The translations under genes and the position numbers were made by a program. This document shows positions 10,299 to 18,810 of a stretch of 64,000 nucleotides of DNA, one piece after another. This DNA is from Candidatus Omnitrophota bacterium (GTDB taxonomy: Bacteria; Omnitrophota; Gorgyraeia; JABMRN01; RBG-13-46-9): the NCBI GenBank assembly GCA_030605095.1, contig JAUWBJ010000001.1:10942-74941 (forward strand), in the 5' to 3' direction. Below the pieces are notes generated by a model. The model worked only from the letters and a program-made list of their open reading frames with translations, had not been told where the DNA came from and did no database searches. Position 1 is the stretch's first letter; each line of letters opens with the position of its first letter.

Positions 10299-11788
10299 AT
10301 ATTATTCCTCTATTTGTAGTTATACCGTTAGGCAGCGCATTTTTGATTTCTCTTTTGGGTAAGAGGATAAAAGGTTTGCCCGATTCCTTAGCCAATTTAG
10401 GAACACTTCTTATGGCAGGCCTTTCTATATATTCTATATTTTTAATCAAAGAGGTAGGTGTTCAGGTGTATAAGGTAGGCGGATGGACTCCACCAATAGG
10501 TATTTCTATGGTCTTGGATGGCTTAAGCTCTTTTATGTTAGTTACGGTTAATTTGACCGCCTTTTTGATAACGCTATTTTCCATAAGCTATATGAAAAAA
10601 TACACAGCCAAATGGAAATTTTATACGCTATTTATGCTCATGCTGGGGGGCATGAACGGCGTGATTATTACAGGAGATATGTTTAACCTCTTTGTCTTTT
10701 TAGAAATTGCTGCGATTGCGAGCTATGCCCTGGTGGCTTTTGGCATTGAGCACGAGGAGCTCGAAGCGTCATTTAAGTACATGGTAATGGGAGGGGTTGC
10801 ATCACTTTTCATTCTTCTTGGAATTGCGCTTTTATATAGCCTTACTTCAACATTAAATATGGCTGATATGGGCCGAGTTTTAACTGCCCAGGGGCCAAGC
10901 AAATTAGTTCTATTTGTATCAGTACTATTCCTGGTGGGATTTGGCCTAAAGGCGGCGATAATGCCATTTCATGCCTGGCTTCCGGATGCCCATCCTTCAG
11001 CGCCGGCGCCAATTTCAGCTATGCTTTCCGGGCTTTTGATTAAGGTGCTGGGTATCTATGCATTGATGAGAATATTTTTCAATGTGTTAGGAGCACAACC
11101 CGCAATTTTGGATATTTTATTAGTCTTAGGGACTATATCTATGGTAGCGGGAGCACTCCTGGCGATAGGGCAGGAAGATATAAAAAGGATGCTGGCATAT
11201 TCCAGCATCAGTCAGATAGGATATATAGTTTTAGCAATGGGAATATGGACACCGCTTGCTATATTGGGCGCACTTTTCCATCTATTCAATCATGCCATAT
11301 TTAAATCGCTTTTGTTTTTAAATTCCGGGGCAATAGAATATTCGACGGGAACGAGAGATTTAAGAGAGATGGGTGGATTAAATGCCCGAATGCCGCTAAC
11401 CGGAACCACAAGTTTAATCGGCTCTATGTCAATATCCGGAATACCGCCTCTAAGCGGTTTTTGGAGTAAGTTGATTATTATCTTTGCCGCTATACAAAGC
11501 GGCCATTTTGTGCTGGCATTGATAGCTATTCTGGTGAGCGTTATAACATTGGCATATTATCTGAAACTGCAAAGATACGCCTTCTTTGGAAATCTGCAAG
11601 ATAAATGGAAGCATATTTTAGAAGTGCCGTTTACTATGAAATTGTCGATGGTTATATTAGCCTTAATTTGTATAATGGCGGGTGCGCTTCTGCTTCCCGG
11701 CGTAAGAGAGATATTTCTTAAACCGGCGCAAGATGCTTTATATGCTGGAAAAGATTATGCCGCTACTGTATTTGAGAGTATAAGATGA
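10295..11788 (+). CDS. Mrp antiporter MnhD-like subunit (NuoM-like)
   Basis: HAWLPDAHPSAPAPISAML antiporter signature, 497 aa. Confidence 0.85.
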   Translation: MNIIPLFVVIPLGSAFLISLLGKRIKGLPDSLANLGTLLMAGLSIYSIFLIKEVGVQVYKVGGWTPPIGISMVLDGLSSFMLVTVNLTAFLITLFSISYMKKYTAKWKFYTLFMLMLGGMNGVIITGDMFNLFVFLEIAAIASYALVAFGIEHEELEASFKYMVMGGVASLFILLGIALLYSLTSTLNMADMGRVLTAQGPSKLVLFVSVLFLVGFGLKAAIMPFHAWLPDAHPSAPAPISAMLSGLLIKVLGIYALMRIFFNVLGAQPAILDILLVLGTISMVAGALLAIGQEDIKRMLAYSSISQIGYIVLAMGIWTPLAILGALFHLFNHAIFKSLLFLNSGAIEYSTGTRDLREMGGLNARMPLTGTTSLIGSMSISGIPPLSGFWSKLIIIFAAIQSGHFVLALIAILVSVITLAYYLKLQRYAFFGNLQDKWKHILEVPFTMKLSMVILALICIMAGALLLPGVREIFLKPAQDALYAGKDYAATVFESIR

Positions 11789-12279
11789 AAAGCAAAATTG
11801 TTTTATTTATCGTGGGTCTTTTAGTGTGGCTCCTTTTGAGCTGGCCGGCTGATACTCAACATCTTTTAGTGGGAATTGTAATAGCCGGCTTCGTAGCTTT
11901 TATGACCGGGGATATGTTTGTCCAGAGGCCCCACCTATTTACACAGATTAGAAGATACTTATGGCTTTTGTATTATCTGCCAATATTTTTGTGGGAATGC
12001 ATTAAGGCAAATTTAGATGTTGCCTATAGGGTAATTCATCCAGCTATGCCGATAAATCCAGGCATTGTGAAGGTAAAAACGACTTTGAAATCTGAGACTG
12101 GGCTAACTTTCCTGGCTAATTCTATTACTTTAACGCCGGGGACACTAACCGTGGATATAGACCAGGAAAGAGGATTTCTTTACGTCCACTGGATAGATGT
12201 AAAGGATAAGGATGTGGAGAAAGCGACAGAGATAGTGGTGGAACGCTTTGAGAGGATTTTAAAAAGGATTTTTGAATAG
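11785..12279 (+). CDS. Mrp antiporter MnhE-like subunit
   Basis: 164 aa, two N-terminal TM segments then soluble domain, MnhE-like; gene order. Confidence 0.65.
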   Translation: MKSKIVLFIVGLLVWLLLSWPADTQHLLVGIVIAGFVAFMTGDMFVQRPHLFTQIRRYLWLLYYLPIFLWECIKANLDVAYRVIHPAMPINPGIVKVKTTLKSETGLTFLANSITLTPGTLTVDIDQERGFLYVHWIDVKDKDVEKATEIVVERFERILKRIFE

Positions 12280-12330
12280 ACGCCGTTGCGAGGAGCGACA
12301 GCGACGAAGCAATCTCAAAAGGTGTAAGGT

Positions 12331-12699
12331 ATGAAAATATTTAGGTGGTTAATAGGCGTATTTGTTATATTAGGCATTTTGGCTGTGATTATATTTTATC
12401 CTCTAAAGATTCTTTTTTATCCCGACCTTCCTTTTATACCGCTATTTACACGTTGTCTTTTTATACTTTTGCTATCCTGCTTTCTCTGCCTTTACCGCAT
12501 ATTGAGAGGGCCAACGGCACCGGACAGAATTGTCGCCATTGATATATTGGGAATATTGATTGTCGGTTTCTGCGCACTTTTGTGTATTCCCACAGGCCGA
12601 AGCTGGTATATAGATATAGGAATAGCCTGGGCGCTACAGAGTTTTATCGGAACACTGGCATTAGCGAAATATTTAGAAGGAAAGGATTTTGATGAATGA
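12331..12699 (+). CDS. Mrp antiporter MnhF-like subunit
   Basis: 122-aa three-TM small membrane protein in Mrp order. Confidence 0.55.
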   Translation: MKIFRWLIGVFVILGILAVIIFYPLKILFYPDLPFIPLFTRCLFILLLSCFLCLYRILRGPTAPDRIVAIDILGILIVGFCALLCIPTGRSWYIDIGIAWALQSFIGTLALAKYLEGKDFDE

Positions 12700-13027
12700 T
12701 ATCTTAGGGATAATTTTTATTGGCGTAGGACTGGCCTTTGATTTCTTTGGATGTCTGGGCTTGTTGAGATTACCCGATGTATATAATCGTCTTCAGGCCT
12801 CTACAAAATGCGTGACTTTAGGAACGTGTAGCATATTGTTTGGTGTATTTTTAATGTTGGGACCTACTGCCGCAGGCATAAAGTCACTCTTATGTATTAT
12901 ATTTTTGATACTTACCACTCCAGTTTCCGCACACGCAATTGCGAGGGGTGCACACAGATCCGGGGTAAAACTCTGGGAAGGAAGCATTGTTGATAGGTAT
13001 AAGGAAGATAAAGAGGGAGAGGCGTAA
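12689..13027 (+). CDS. Mrp antiporter MnhG-like subunit
   Basis: 112 aa; LRLPDVYNRLQASTKCVTLG matches MnhG conserved segment. Confidence 0.7.
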   Translation: MMNDILGIIFIGVGLAFDFFGCLGLLRLPDVYNRLQASTKCVTLGTCSILFGVFLMLGPTAAGIKSLLCIIFLILTTPVSAHAIARGAHRSGVKLWEGSIVDRYKEDKEGEA

Positions 13028-13062
13028 TAGCTATAAGCTTTAAGCTATAAGCAGGAATAGAT

Positions 13063-13677
13063 ATGAAACTACCCAAGATTAGAGAACTTATAGAGGCGAT
13101 AAAAGCAGTGATAAAAGGGCCTTACACGTCTAAATTTCCTAAGGTGCCGCATGAACCACATCCGAATTTCAGGGGCAGGCCCAAGTTTAATCAGGAGAAA
13201 TGTGTAGGGTGCCTTGCGTGCGAAGAGGTTTGTCCGGTAGATGCTATTGCGCATAAAGATATAATCGATGACAAGGAAAAGCCGAAAAGGACAATGATTC
13301 ATTATTCAGATACGTGCATATTCTGCGGCCAATGTGAAGCAGCGTGCATTGCCGAACATGAAGGGATTAAACAATCTAACGAGTGGGAACTCTCGTTTTT
13401 TGATAGAAAACGAGAAGGCCAGGAAACGATTGATAAGGAACTGCAACTTTGCGAGATATGCGCCTCGCCGATTGCATGTAAAGACCACTTAAAATGGATT
13501 TCTGAAAAGATAGGTGAATTAACATATTCGAGCCCTACCTTATACCTATCCCGCCTTAAAAGCCTTGGTATTATAGATGAAAATATCATATCTGCAATGA
13601 AAGATAAGGGCCGCTCCGACAGGGTAAAAATTCTATGTGCCCGTTGCAGGAGAGAAACAACCCTAACCACTAAATAA
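13063..13677 (+). CDS. NuoI/MbhN-like 2x[4Fe-4S] ferredoxin subunit with Cys-rich C-terminal extension
   Basis: CVGCLACEEVCPVDAI and CIFCGQCEAACI motifs; extra CxxC...CxxC tail. Confidence 0.75.
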   Translation: MKLPKIRELIEAIKAVIKGPYTSKFPKVPHEPHPNFRGRPKFNQEKCVGCLACEEVCPVDAIAHKDIIDDKEKPKRTMIHYSDTCIFCGQCEAACIAEHEGIKQSNEWELSFFDRKREGQETIDKELQLCEICASPIACKDHLKWISEKIGELTYSSPTLYLSRLKSLGIIDENIISAMKDKGRSDRVKILCARCRRETTLTTK

Positions 13678-13682
13678 AACTA

Positions 13683-13841
13683 AAGGGGACGTTTCACTTT
13701 GCTATAATTATTTACAAACAAAGAAGTTGTAACATGCCATTTTCCAAAATCAAAAGGATAAAGGATATACTTAAAAGTGGAAAATGAGCGTTTATATCGT
13801 ATTGCAATATAAGGAGTTATGACAAAGTGAAACGTCCCCTT
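13683..13841 (+). promoter_or_regulatory. 19-bp perfect long-range inverted repeat bracketing the NuoI-like/hycI intergenic region
   Basis: AAGGGGACGTTTCACTTTG (13683-13701, 6 nt after the upstream stop) pairs with CAAAGTGAAACGTCCCCTT (13823-13841), which contains the hycI GTG start. Confidence 0.6.
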
Positions 13842-14294
13842 ATTTTCCAAGAGATATTGAGAGGTAGAGTTGTTATCGTCGGCATAGGTAATATAATAAA
13901 AGGTGATGATGGGTTTGGGCCGGCGCTCATTAAGAGATTGAATGGAAAAATAAAAGCGGTTTGCATCGATGCAGGCAGCGCGCCGGAGAACTACACGGGC
14001 GTTATTACAAAACAGAATCCAGATACGATATTGCTTGTTGATGCCGTACATTTGGATTTGCCAGGTGGCCGATACGAAATTTTAAAGCCAAAAGATATAT
14101 TAAAAAGCGGTTTTACCACCCATGATATTTCACCCAGGATGTTCATCGAATATCTTGAGAGCCAGACCAGGGCAAGAATTTTTCTACTGGGAGTCCAACC
14201 GCAAAATATCTCTTTAGGAGATGAGATGTCCGATAGCGTTAAAATGGCGCTTGCTGAGATAGAAAGCTTGATAAAGGAGACAATCAATGCATGA
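13827..14294 (+). CDS. hycI: hydrogenase maturation endopeptidase (HycI/HyaD family)
   Basis: GIGNIIKGDDGFG motif; GTG start with AAGGAG RBS 10 nt upstream. Confidence 0.85.
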   Translation: MKRPLIFQEILRGRVVIVGIGNIIKGDDGFGPALIKRLNGKIKAVCIDAGSAPENYTGVITKQNPDTILLVDAVHLDLPGGRYEILKPKDILKSGFTTHDISPRMFIEYLESQTRARIFLLGVQPQNISLGDEMSDSVKMALAEIESLIKETINA

Positions 14295-14529
14295 GACACA
14301 TCTAATACAACCGATAATAGAAGGCATATCCCAACACGCTAAAAAAGAAGGCGCAAAAGCCGTGTCAAAAGTAAGGCTTAAAATCGGTGAGTTTACAGGC
14401 GTTAAAGAGGATTCGTTCAAAGAGACTTTTTCTTCTCTGGCGAAGGGGACAATGCTTGAGGGTAGTGAACTTGAATTAACGTTTTTCCCGGGTTCCAGAG
14501 TCGAAGTTATATCCTTTGACATAAAATGA
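14287..14529 (+). CDS. hypA: HypA-like Ni-binding N-terminal domain protein (no Zn-finger region)
   Basis: Starts MHETHL (HypA MHE Ni-binding N-terminus) but is 80 aa with no cysteines. Confidence 0.6.
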   Translation: MHETHLIQPIIEGISQHAKKEGAKAVSKVRLKIGEFTGVKEDSFKETFSSLAKGTMLEGSELELTFFPGSRVEVISFDIK

Positions 14530-15572
14530 AAACAATTCTTGCAATAGGCGCTGATATAAAAAATAGATTTCTTCTCGCAAAGGGAAAGAATTTGCATTTT
14601 GGCCCTGATATAGGCGACTTAAGCGATGCTTCCAATTATGAACTTTTCAAGAAGGAAATACAGAGAGCCACAAAAAATATTAAGCCAGATATTGTTACAT
14701 GCGATTTACATCCCGGTTATTTTTCCACGAAATTCGTTAAAGAACATAGCCAAAAGCCCGTCCAGCATCACCACGCCCACATAGCCAGCGTGCTCGAGGA
14801 GCATAATTTAAAAAAACCTGTAATTGGGGTAGCTTTCGACGGCACAGGCCTTGGCACGGATGGGAATATATGGGGCGGCGAGTTTCTTATGGTTGAAAAA
14901 AAAGGATTTAAGCGCCTTGCCCATTTCAAATATATAAAGATGCCGGGCGGCGACAAGGTTGTCAGCGAGCCGTGGAGAATGGTTTTAAGCATACTGGGCG
15001 AGAGAGGGGCCCCTTTCATAAAAAGCGTTAAAAGAGAAGATAAGGAATTAATTCTTTCTATGTGCGCAAAAAATATAAATTCACCACTAACATCAAGCAC
15101 CGGCAGGTTATTCGATGCGGCAGCAGCACTTCTTGGCATATGTGAGCGTGCTTCGCGTGAAGCAGAAGGGCCTATAAAACTTGAGGCAATGTGTAAAGAT
15201 GGAGTAGGGGAAAGTTACGAATTTGGAATATCAAAAGATGATGGTCAATACATAATTGATATGGAACCTTTGTTTTTGAATATGGTTAAGGACTTAAAGA
15301 GAGGAAAAGATAAACGAGTTATCGCGACGAAATTCCATAATTCCATGGTTTTGATTATTCTCAAAACCGTTAAAAGGTTATCAAAGGATACGGGTATTAA
15401 GGATATCGCGCTCTCGGGGGGCGTATTTCAAAATAGATTCTTAAGGACAAAAGCGATAAAGACGTTATTATCTTCGAAATTTAATGTTTTTATTAATGAT
15501 AAAACACCTGTAAACGATTTTAATATATCGTTAGGACAATTCCATGTGTCTTGCTGTACCGGCAAAAATTAA
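14526..15572 (+). CDS. hypF: HypF-like carbamoyltransferase, Kae1/YgjD-like C-terminal domain only
   Basis: 348 aa matching the HypF C-terminal domain (GVAFDGTGLGTDGNIWGGEF, ALSGGVFQN); no acylphosphatase, Zn-finger or YrdC domains. Confidence 0.7.
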   Translation: MKTILAIGADIKNRFLLAKGKNLHFGPDIGDLSDASNYELFKKEIQRATKNIKPDIVTCDLHPGYFSTKFVKEHSQKPVQHHHAHIASVLEEHNLKKPVIGVAFDGTGLGTDGNIWGGEFLMVEKKGFKRLAHFKYIKMPGGDKVVSEPWRMVLSILGERGAPFIKSVKREDKELILSMCAKNINSPLTSSTGRLFDAAAALLGICERASREAEGPIKLEAMCKDGVGESYEFGISKDDGQYIIDMEPLFLNMVKDLKRGKDKRVIATKFHNSMVLIILKTVKRLSKDTGIKDIALSGGVFQNRFLRTKAIKTLLSSKFNVFINDKTPVNDFNISLGQFHVSCCTGKN

Positions 15573-15777
15573 AAGTATAGATAAGAAAGAGGCTCTGGTC
15601 GATTTTGGTGGAGTCCAGAAGAAGATTTCTCTCGGAATTTTGGATGGTGTAAAAATCGGAGATTATGTCCTTGTCCATGCCGGTTTCGCGATAGGAAAAG
15701 TAAAGAAGGCTGAGGCAGAGGATACATTAAAAGCTTTAGATGAACTTAAAGAAGTTTCTAAATATGAAAGCGCCTAA
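15544..15777 (+). CDS. hypC: hydrogenase assembly chaperone HypC
   Basis: MCLAVP N-terminus, 77 aa. Confidence 0.9.
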   Translation: MCLAVPAKIKSIDKKEALVDFGGVQKKISLGILDGVKIGDYVLVHAGFAIGKVKKAEAEDTLKALDELKEVSKYESA

Positions 15778-16789
15778 AATAAAATTGATGGAAGTATGCG
15801 GGACGCATACGATGGCAATTGCGAGAGCAGGGATAAAGAAGCTTTTGCCGGATACTGTAGAGCTTACTGTAGAGCTTGTGTCGGGTCCCGGGTGCCCTGT
15901 CTGCGTTTGTAGCCAGAGCGATATTGATAGAGCAGTAGAGGTGTCTCGTATAAAAGATGTGATAATGACTACATTTGGCGATATGATGCGTGTACCGGGG
16001 AGGCGGGGGAGCCTGGAAGATATGAAAAGAAAAGGTTCTGATGTTCGAGTGGTATATTCCTCGCTTGATGCGCTAAATATAGCCAAGGGTAACCCTCAGA
16101 AGAAAGTAGTATTTATGGGTATTGGCTTTGAGACCACATCCCCGACTATAGCTGCAACAATATTGGAAGCAAAGAAACAAAAAATACGAAACTTTTTTGT
16201 ATTATCGAATTTTAAACTTATCTTTCCGGCCCTTGAGGCCCTTGCCGGCTCGAAAAAAAATAAAATAGACGGGTTTATATGCCCGGGCCACGTAAGCGTT
16301 ATTACAGGAAGCATACCATATGAGAAGGTAGCGAAGCGCTACAAGAAGCCGTCCGTTATAACAGGGTTTGAGACCATTGATATCTTAAAAGGAATCGAAC
16401 GGCTGATCAATCAGATAAAAAATCGTGAATATAAGGTAGAAATTGCATATAAAAGGGCTGTTAAGAAAGAAGGTAATCCAACCGCGCGCAAGATTTTGGG
16501 TTCAGTTTTTGAAGCCAGCGATTCAGAGTGGAGGGGGCTCGGAATAATTAAAAAAAGTGGACTGAAATTAAGAAAAAAGTATAGAGATTTCGGTGCAGAG
16601 ACAAGGTTCAAAGTTAAGATTCCAAAAACTCGCAAAATGCGAGGTTGTGCTTGCGGTGAAGTGATACAGGGTATAAAATCTCCCCGGGATTGCAAATTGT
16701 TTAAGAAGACATGCACACCACAAAATCCGGTTGGGCCATGCATGGTATCGTCGGAAGGAAGTTGCGCAGCATACTATAAATATGGATAA
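15764..16789 (+). CDS. hypD: hydrogenase maturation factor HypD
   Basis: EVCGTHT, GPGCPVC and CPVC-type motifs; start 15764 or 15740 uncertain. Confidence 0.85.
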   Translation: MKAPKIKLMEVCGTHTMAIARAGIKKLLPDTVELTVELVSGPGCPVCVCSQSDIDRAVEVSRIKDVIMTTFGDMMRVPGRRGSLEDMKRKGSDVRVVYSSLDALNIAKGNPQKKVVFMGIGFETTSPTIAATILEAKKQKIRNFFVLSNFKLIFPALEALAGSKKNKIDGFICPGHVSVITGSIPYEKVAKRYKKPSVITGFETIDILKGIERLINQIKNREYKVEIAYKRAVKKEGNPTARKILGSVFEASDSEWRGLGIIKKSGLKLRKKYRDFGAETRFKVKIPKTRKMRGCACGEVIQGIKSPRDCKLFKKTCTPQNPVGPCMVSSEGSCAAYYKYG

Positions 16790-17771
16790 TAAAATAACAC
16801 TCGCACACGGTAATGGCGGAAGATTAATGCACGAGCTTATTGAGAAGCTCTGCCTTAAGTTTTCGAATAAGATATTGAATGAGATGGCAGACGCGGCAGA
16901 ACTAAATGTCCCCGGAAATAAATTAGCCTTCAGTACAGATTCTTATGTCGTAAAGCCGCTCTTTTTCCCTGGTGGGGATATAGGTAAGCTCGCCGTTTGC
17001 GGCACAGTAAATGATATCTTAATGAAAGGCGCAAAACCGCTTTTTATATCACTTGCTTTTATTATTGAAGAAGGATTAGAATTATCGACTTTAGATAAGA
17101 TAACCCAATCTATAAAAAAAGCCTCGGATAAAGCAAAGATTCAAGTTGTTACGGGAGATATAAAAGTCGTTGAAAAAGGTTCAGCGGATAAGATATTTAT
17201 AAATACTTCAGGCATAGGTGTTATTGCCCATCGAGGAAGACATATTGGCGCAAAAGCTAAAACAGGTGATGCAATCATAATAAACGGCACAATTGCCGAG
17301 CATGGAATAGCTGTATTAAACGCAAGAGAAAAACTTGGATTTGTATCTAGCATAAAAAGCGATTGCCGCAATCTTAACTTTGAAGTCGGGCGATGTCTTG
17401 CTGCATCAAAGAATATTAGCGTAATGCGCGACCCGACGAGGGGAGGGCTTGCGATGGCCTTGAACGAAATAGCCCTTTCTTCAAATCTTGGCATAGAAAT
17501 TAATGAGGAAAGTATTCCAATAAAACAAAGCGTGAAGAAGATGTGCGACATATTGGGGTTTGACCCGCTATATATTGCCAATGAGGGAAAGTTCATCTCT
17601 TTCGTGGACAAAAAAGACGCCTCAAAAGTAAAAAAAGCTATGGGCAAAAATGCTCGTATTATAGGAAAGGTTGTATCTAATCACAAAAAAGAAGTCCAAC
17701 TAAAGACCGAAATCGGCTCAAGCCGAATCCTCGCAATGCTCGAATCCGACCAACTACCTCGCATTTGCTGA
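16782..17771 (+). CDS. hypE: hydrogenase maturation factor HypE
   Basis: AIR-synthase-related fold, C-terminal PRIC motif; ATG 16782 overlaps hypD stop (ATGGATAA). Confidence 0.85.
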   Translation: MDNKITLAHGNGGRLMHELIEKLCLKFSNKILNEMADAAELNVPGNKLAFSTDSYVVKPLFFPGGDIGKLAVCGTVNDILMKGAKPLFISLAFIIEEGLELSTLDKITQSIKKASDKAKIQVVTGDIKVVEKGSADKIFINTSGIGVIAHRGRHIGAKAKTGDAIIINGTIAEHGIAVLNAREKLGFVSSIKSDCRNLNFEVGRCLAASKNISVMRDPTRGGLAMALNEIALSSNLGIEINEESIPIKQSVKKMCDILGFDPLYIANEGKFISFVDKKDASKVKKAMGKNARIIGKVVSNHKKEVQLKTEIGSSRILAMLESDQLPRIC

Positions 17772-17787
17772 TTTTTATAAAAACCCT

Positions 17788-17816
17788 TGACAAAACCTCC
17801 AAAATAGTGTATAGTT
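17788..17816 (+). promoter_or_regulatory. sigma70-like promoter TTGACA-N17-TATAGT upstream of fur-family gene
   Basis: Perfect -35 hexamer and near-consensus -10 with 17-nt spacer, about 38 nt upstream of ATG 17854. Confidence 0.6.
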
Positions 17817-17853
17817 GATAATGGAAACCGTTTTCAATAAGGAGCTGACAAAG

Positions 17854-18330
17854 ATGCCAAGAGGACATGGAAGAGGATTTGGAATGGGGCCAGGGTGGTG
17901 GCACGGAAGGTTTAGAGGGTGCGGATACAGAATAACCATACCGCGTCAGGAGATACTCAAGGTTTTAAACCAAACAGAAGAACACCTGAGCGCTGAAGAA
18001 ATATATCTTAGAGTACATAAGGTTTATCCGTCAGTAGGGCTTACGACGGTTTATCGGACACTTGAGGTTTTAGCTGATATGGGACTTGTGTTTAGACTCG
18101 AGTTCGGCGACGGAAAAGCGAGGTACGAATTAGTCGAAGGGCCCAAAGGAAAGCTGCACCACCACCATTTAGTTTGCACTGATTGCGGAAGGGTAATCGA
18201 TTATACAGATTTTATTAGCGAGGAGAAGGAATTACTTGATAAGACAGAAAAGGCACTTTCAAGCAGGCATAATTTTAAGATTTTAAATCACCAGATTCAT
18301 TTTTACGGTTTGTGCAATAAGTGCAAATAA
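17854..18330 (+). CDS. Fur-family metalloregulator with Gly/Arg-rich N-terminal extension
   Basis: Fur DNA-binding helix region (ITIPRQEILKVL), HHHH and CxxC...CxxC metal sites; ATG 17854 with AAGGAG RBS; N-terminus MPRGHGRGFGMGPGWW resembles the N-termini of the two neighbouring DUF5320-like proteins (MPGGNGTGP, MPFGDGTGP). Confidence 0.8.
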   Translation: MPRGHGRGFGMGPGWWHGRFRGCGYRITIPRQEILKVLNQTEEHLSAEEIYLRVHKVYPSVGLTTVYRTLEVLADMGLVFRLEFGDGKARYELVEGPKGKLHHHHLVCTDCGRVIDYTDFISEEKELLDKTEKALSSRHNFKILNHQIHFYGLCNKCK

Positions 18331-18348
18331 TTTTTTTTTCTTAATTAA

Positions 18349-18363
18349 TGAAAATGATTTTCA
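18349..18363 (+). promoter_or_regulatory. 7-1-7 palindrome TGAAAATGATTTTCA (Fur/PerR-box-like)
   Basis: Perfect inverted repeat between fur-family gene and DUF5320 gene; same architecture as TGATAATnATTATCA Fur boxes. Confidence 0.5.
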
Positions 18364-18391
18364 ATAACAATTATAAGAGGAGGTGATTAAC

Positions 18392-18793
18392 ATGCCAGGA
18401 GGAAACGGAACAGGACCAGTTGGATTAGGTCCAATGACAGGAGGTGCTCGCGGTTATTGCGCAGGTTACCCTGTGCCGGGCTACATGAACCCCATTCCCG
18501 GAAGAAGAGGAGGTTGGTCTGGTCGTGGCTGGGGCCGAGGTCGTGGTTGGGGCCGTGGCAGAGGCAGAGGTTTCGGCTGGGGAGGAGCCGCTTATCCTTA
18601 TGCTTATGGAGACCCATATTATGCGTCCCCATATGCATACCCATATGGAGGATATCCATATGGCGCTGAGGTAAATCCTCAGGAAGAAGCACAAATGCTT
18701 AAGGAGCAAGCCAAGGCCATGCAGGACGATATTAAGTCCATAAACGACCGCATAAAAGAGCTGGAATCTGCTGCAAAGGCCGAGAAAAAATAA
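18392..18793 (+). CDS. DUF5320-like Gly/Arg/Tyr-rich protein with C-terminal coiled coil
   Basis: MPGGNGTGPVGLGPMTGGARGYCAGY N-terminus, RGWGRGRGWGRGRGRG repeats, C-terminal charged helix; AGGAGG RBS. Confidence 0.7.
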   Translation: MPGGNGTGPVGLGPMTGGARGYCAGYPVPGYMNPIPGRRGGWSGRGWGRGRGWGRGRGRGFGWGGAAYPYAYGDPYYASPYAYPYGGYPYGAEVNPQEEAQMLKEQAKAMQDDIKSINDRIKELESAAKAEKK

Positions 18794-18810
18794 CTAAGCA
18801 GGGAGGAAAT

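Noticed and set aside
12345-12542. 65-aa ORF inside the mnhF-like gene
   Set aside because: Alternate frame of the 12331..12699 membrane protein gene.
13031-13054. Short direct repeat AGCTATAAGC x2 around an AAGCTT palindrome upstream of the nuoI-like gene
   Set aside because: Too short to distinguish from chance. It is noted only as a possible minor regulatory element.
18310-18345. Poly-T run after the fur-family gene as an intrinsic terminator
   Set aside because: T9 tract present but the preceding stem (GCA/TGC) is only 3 bp, so not a convincing terminator.
18457-18669. Arg/Trp-rich 70-aa ORF and antisense ORFs across the DUF5320 gene
   Set aside because: Frame artefacts of the GC-rich Gly/Arg repeat region (GGN/CGN repeats read in other frames).
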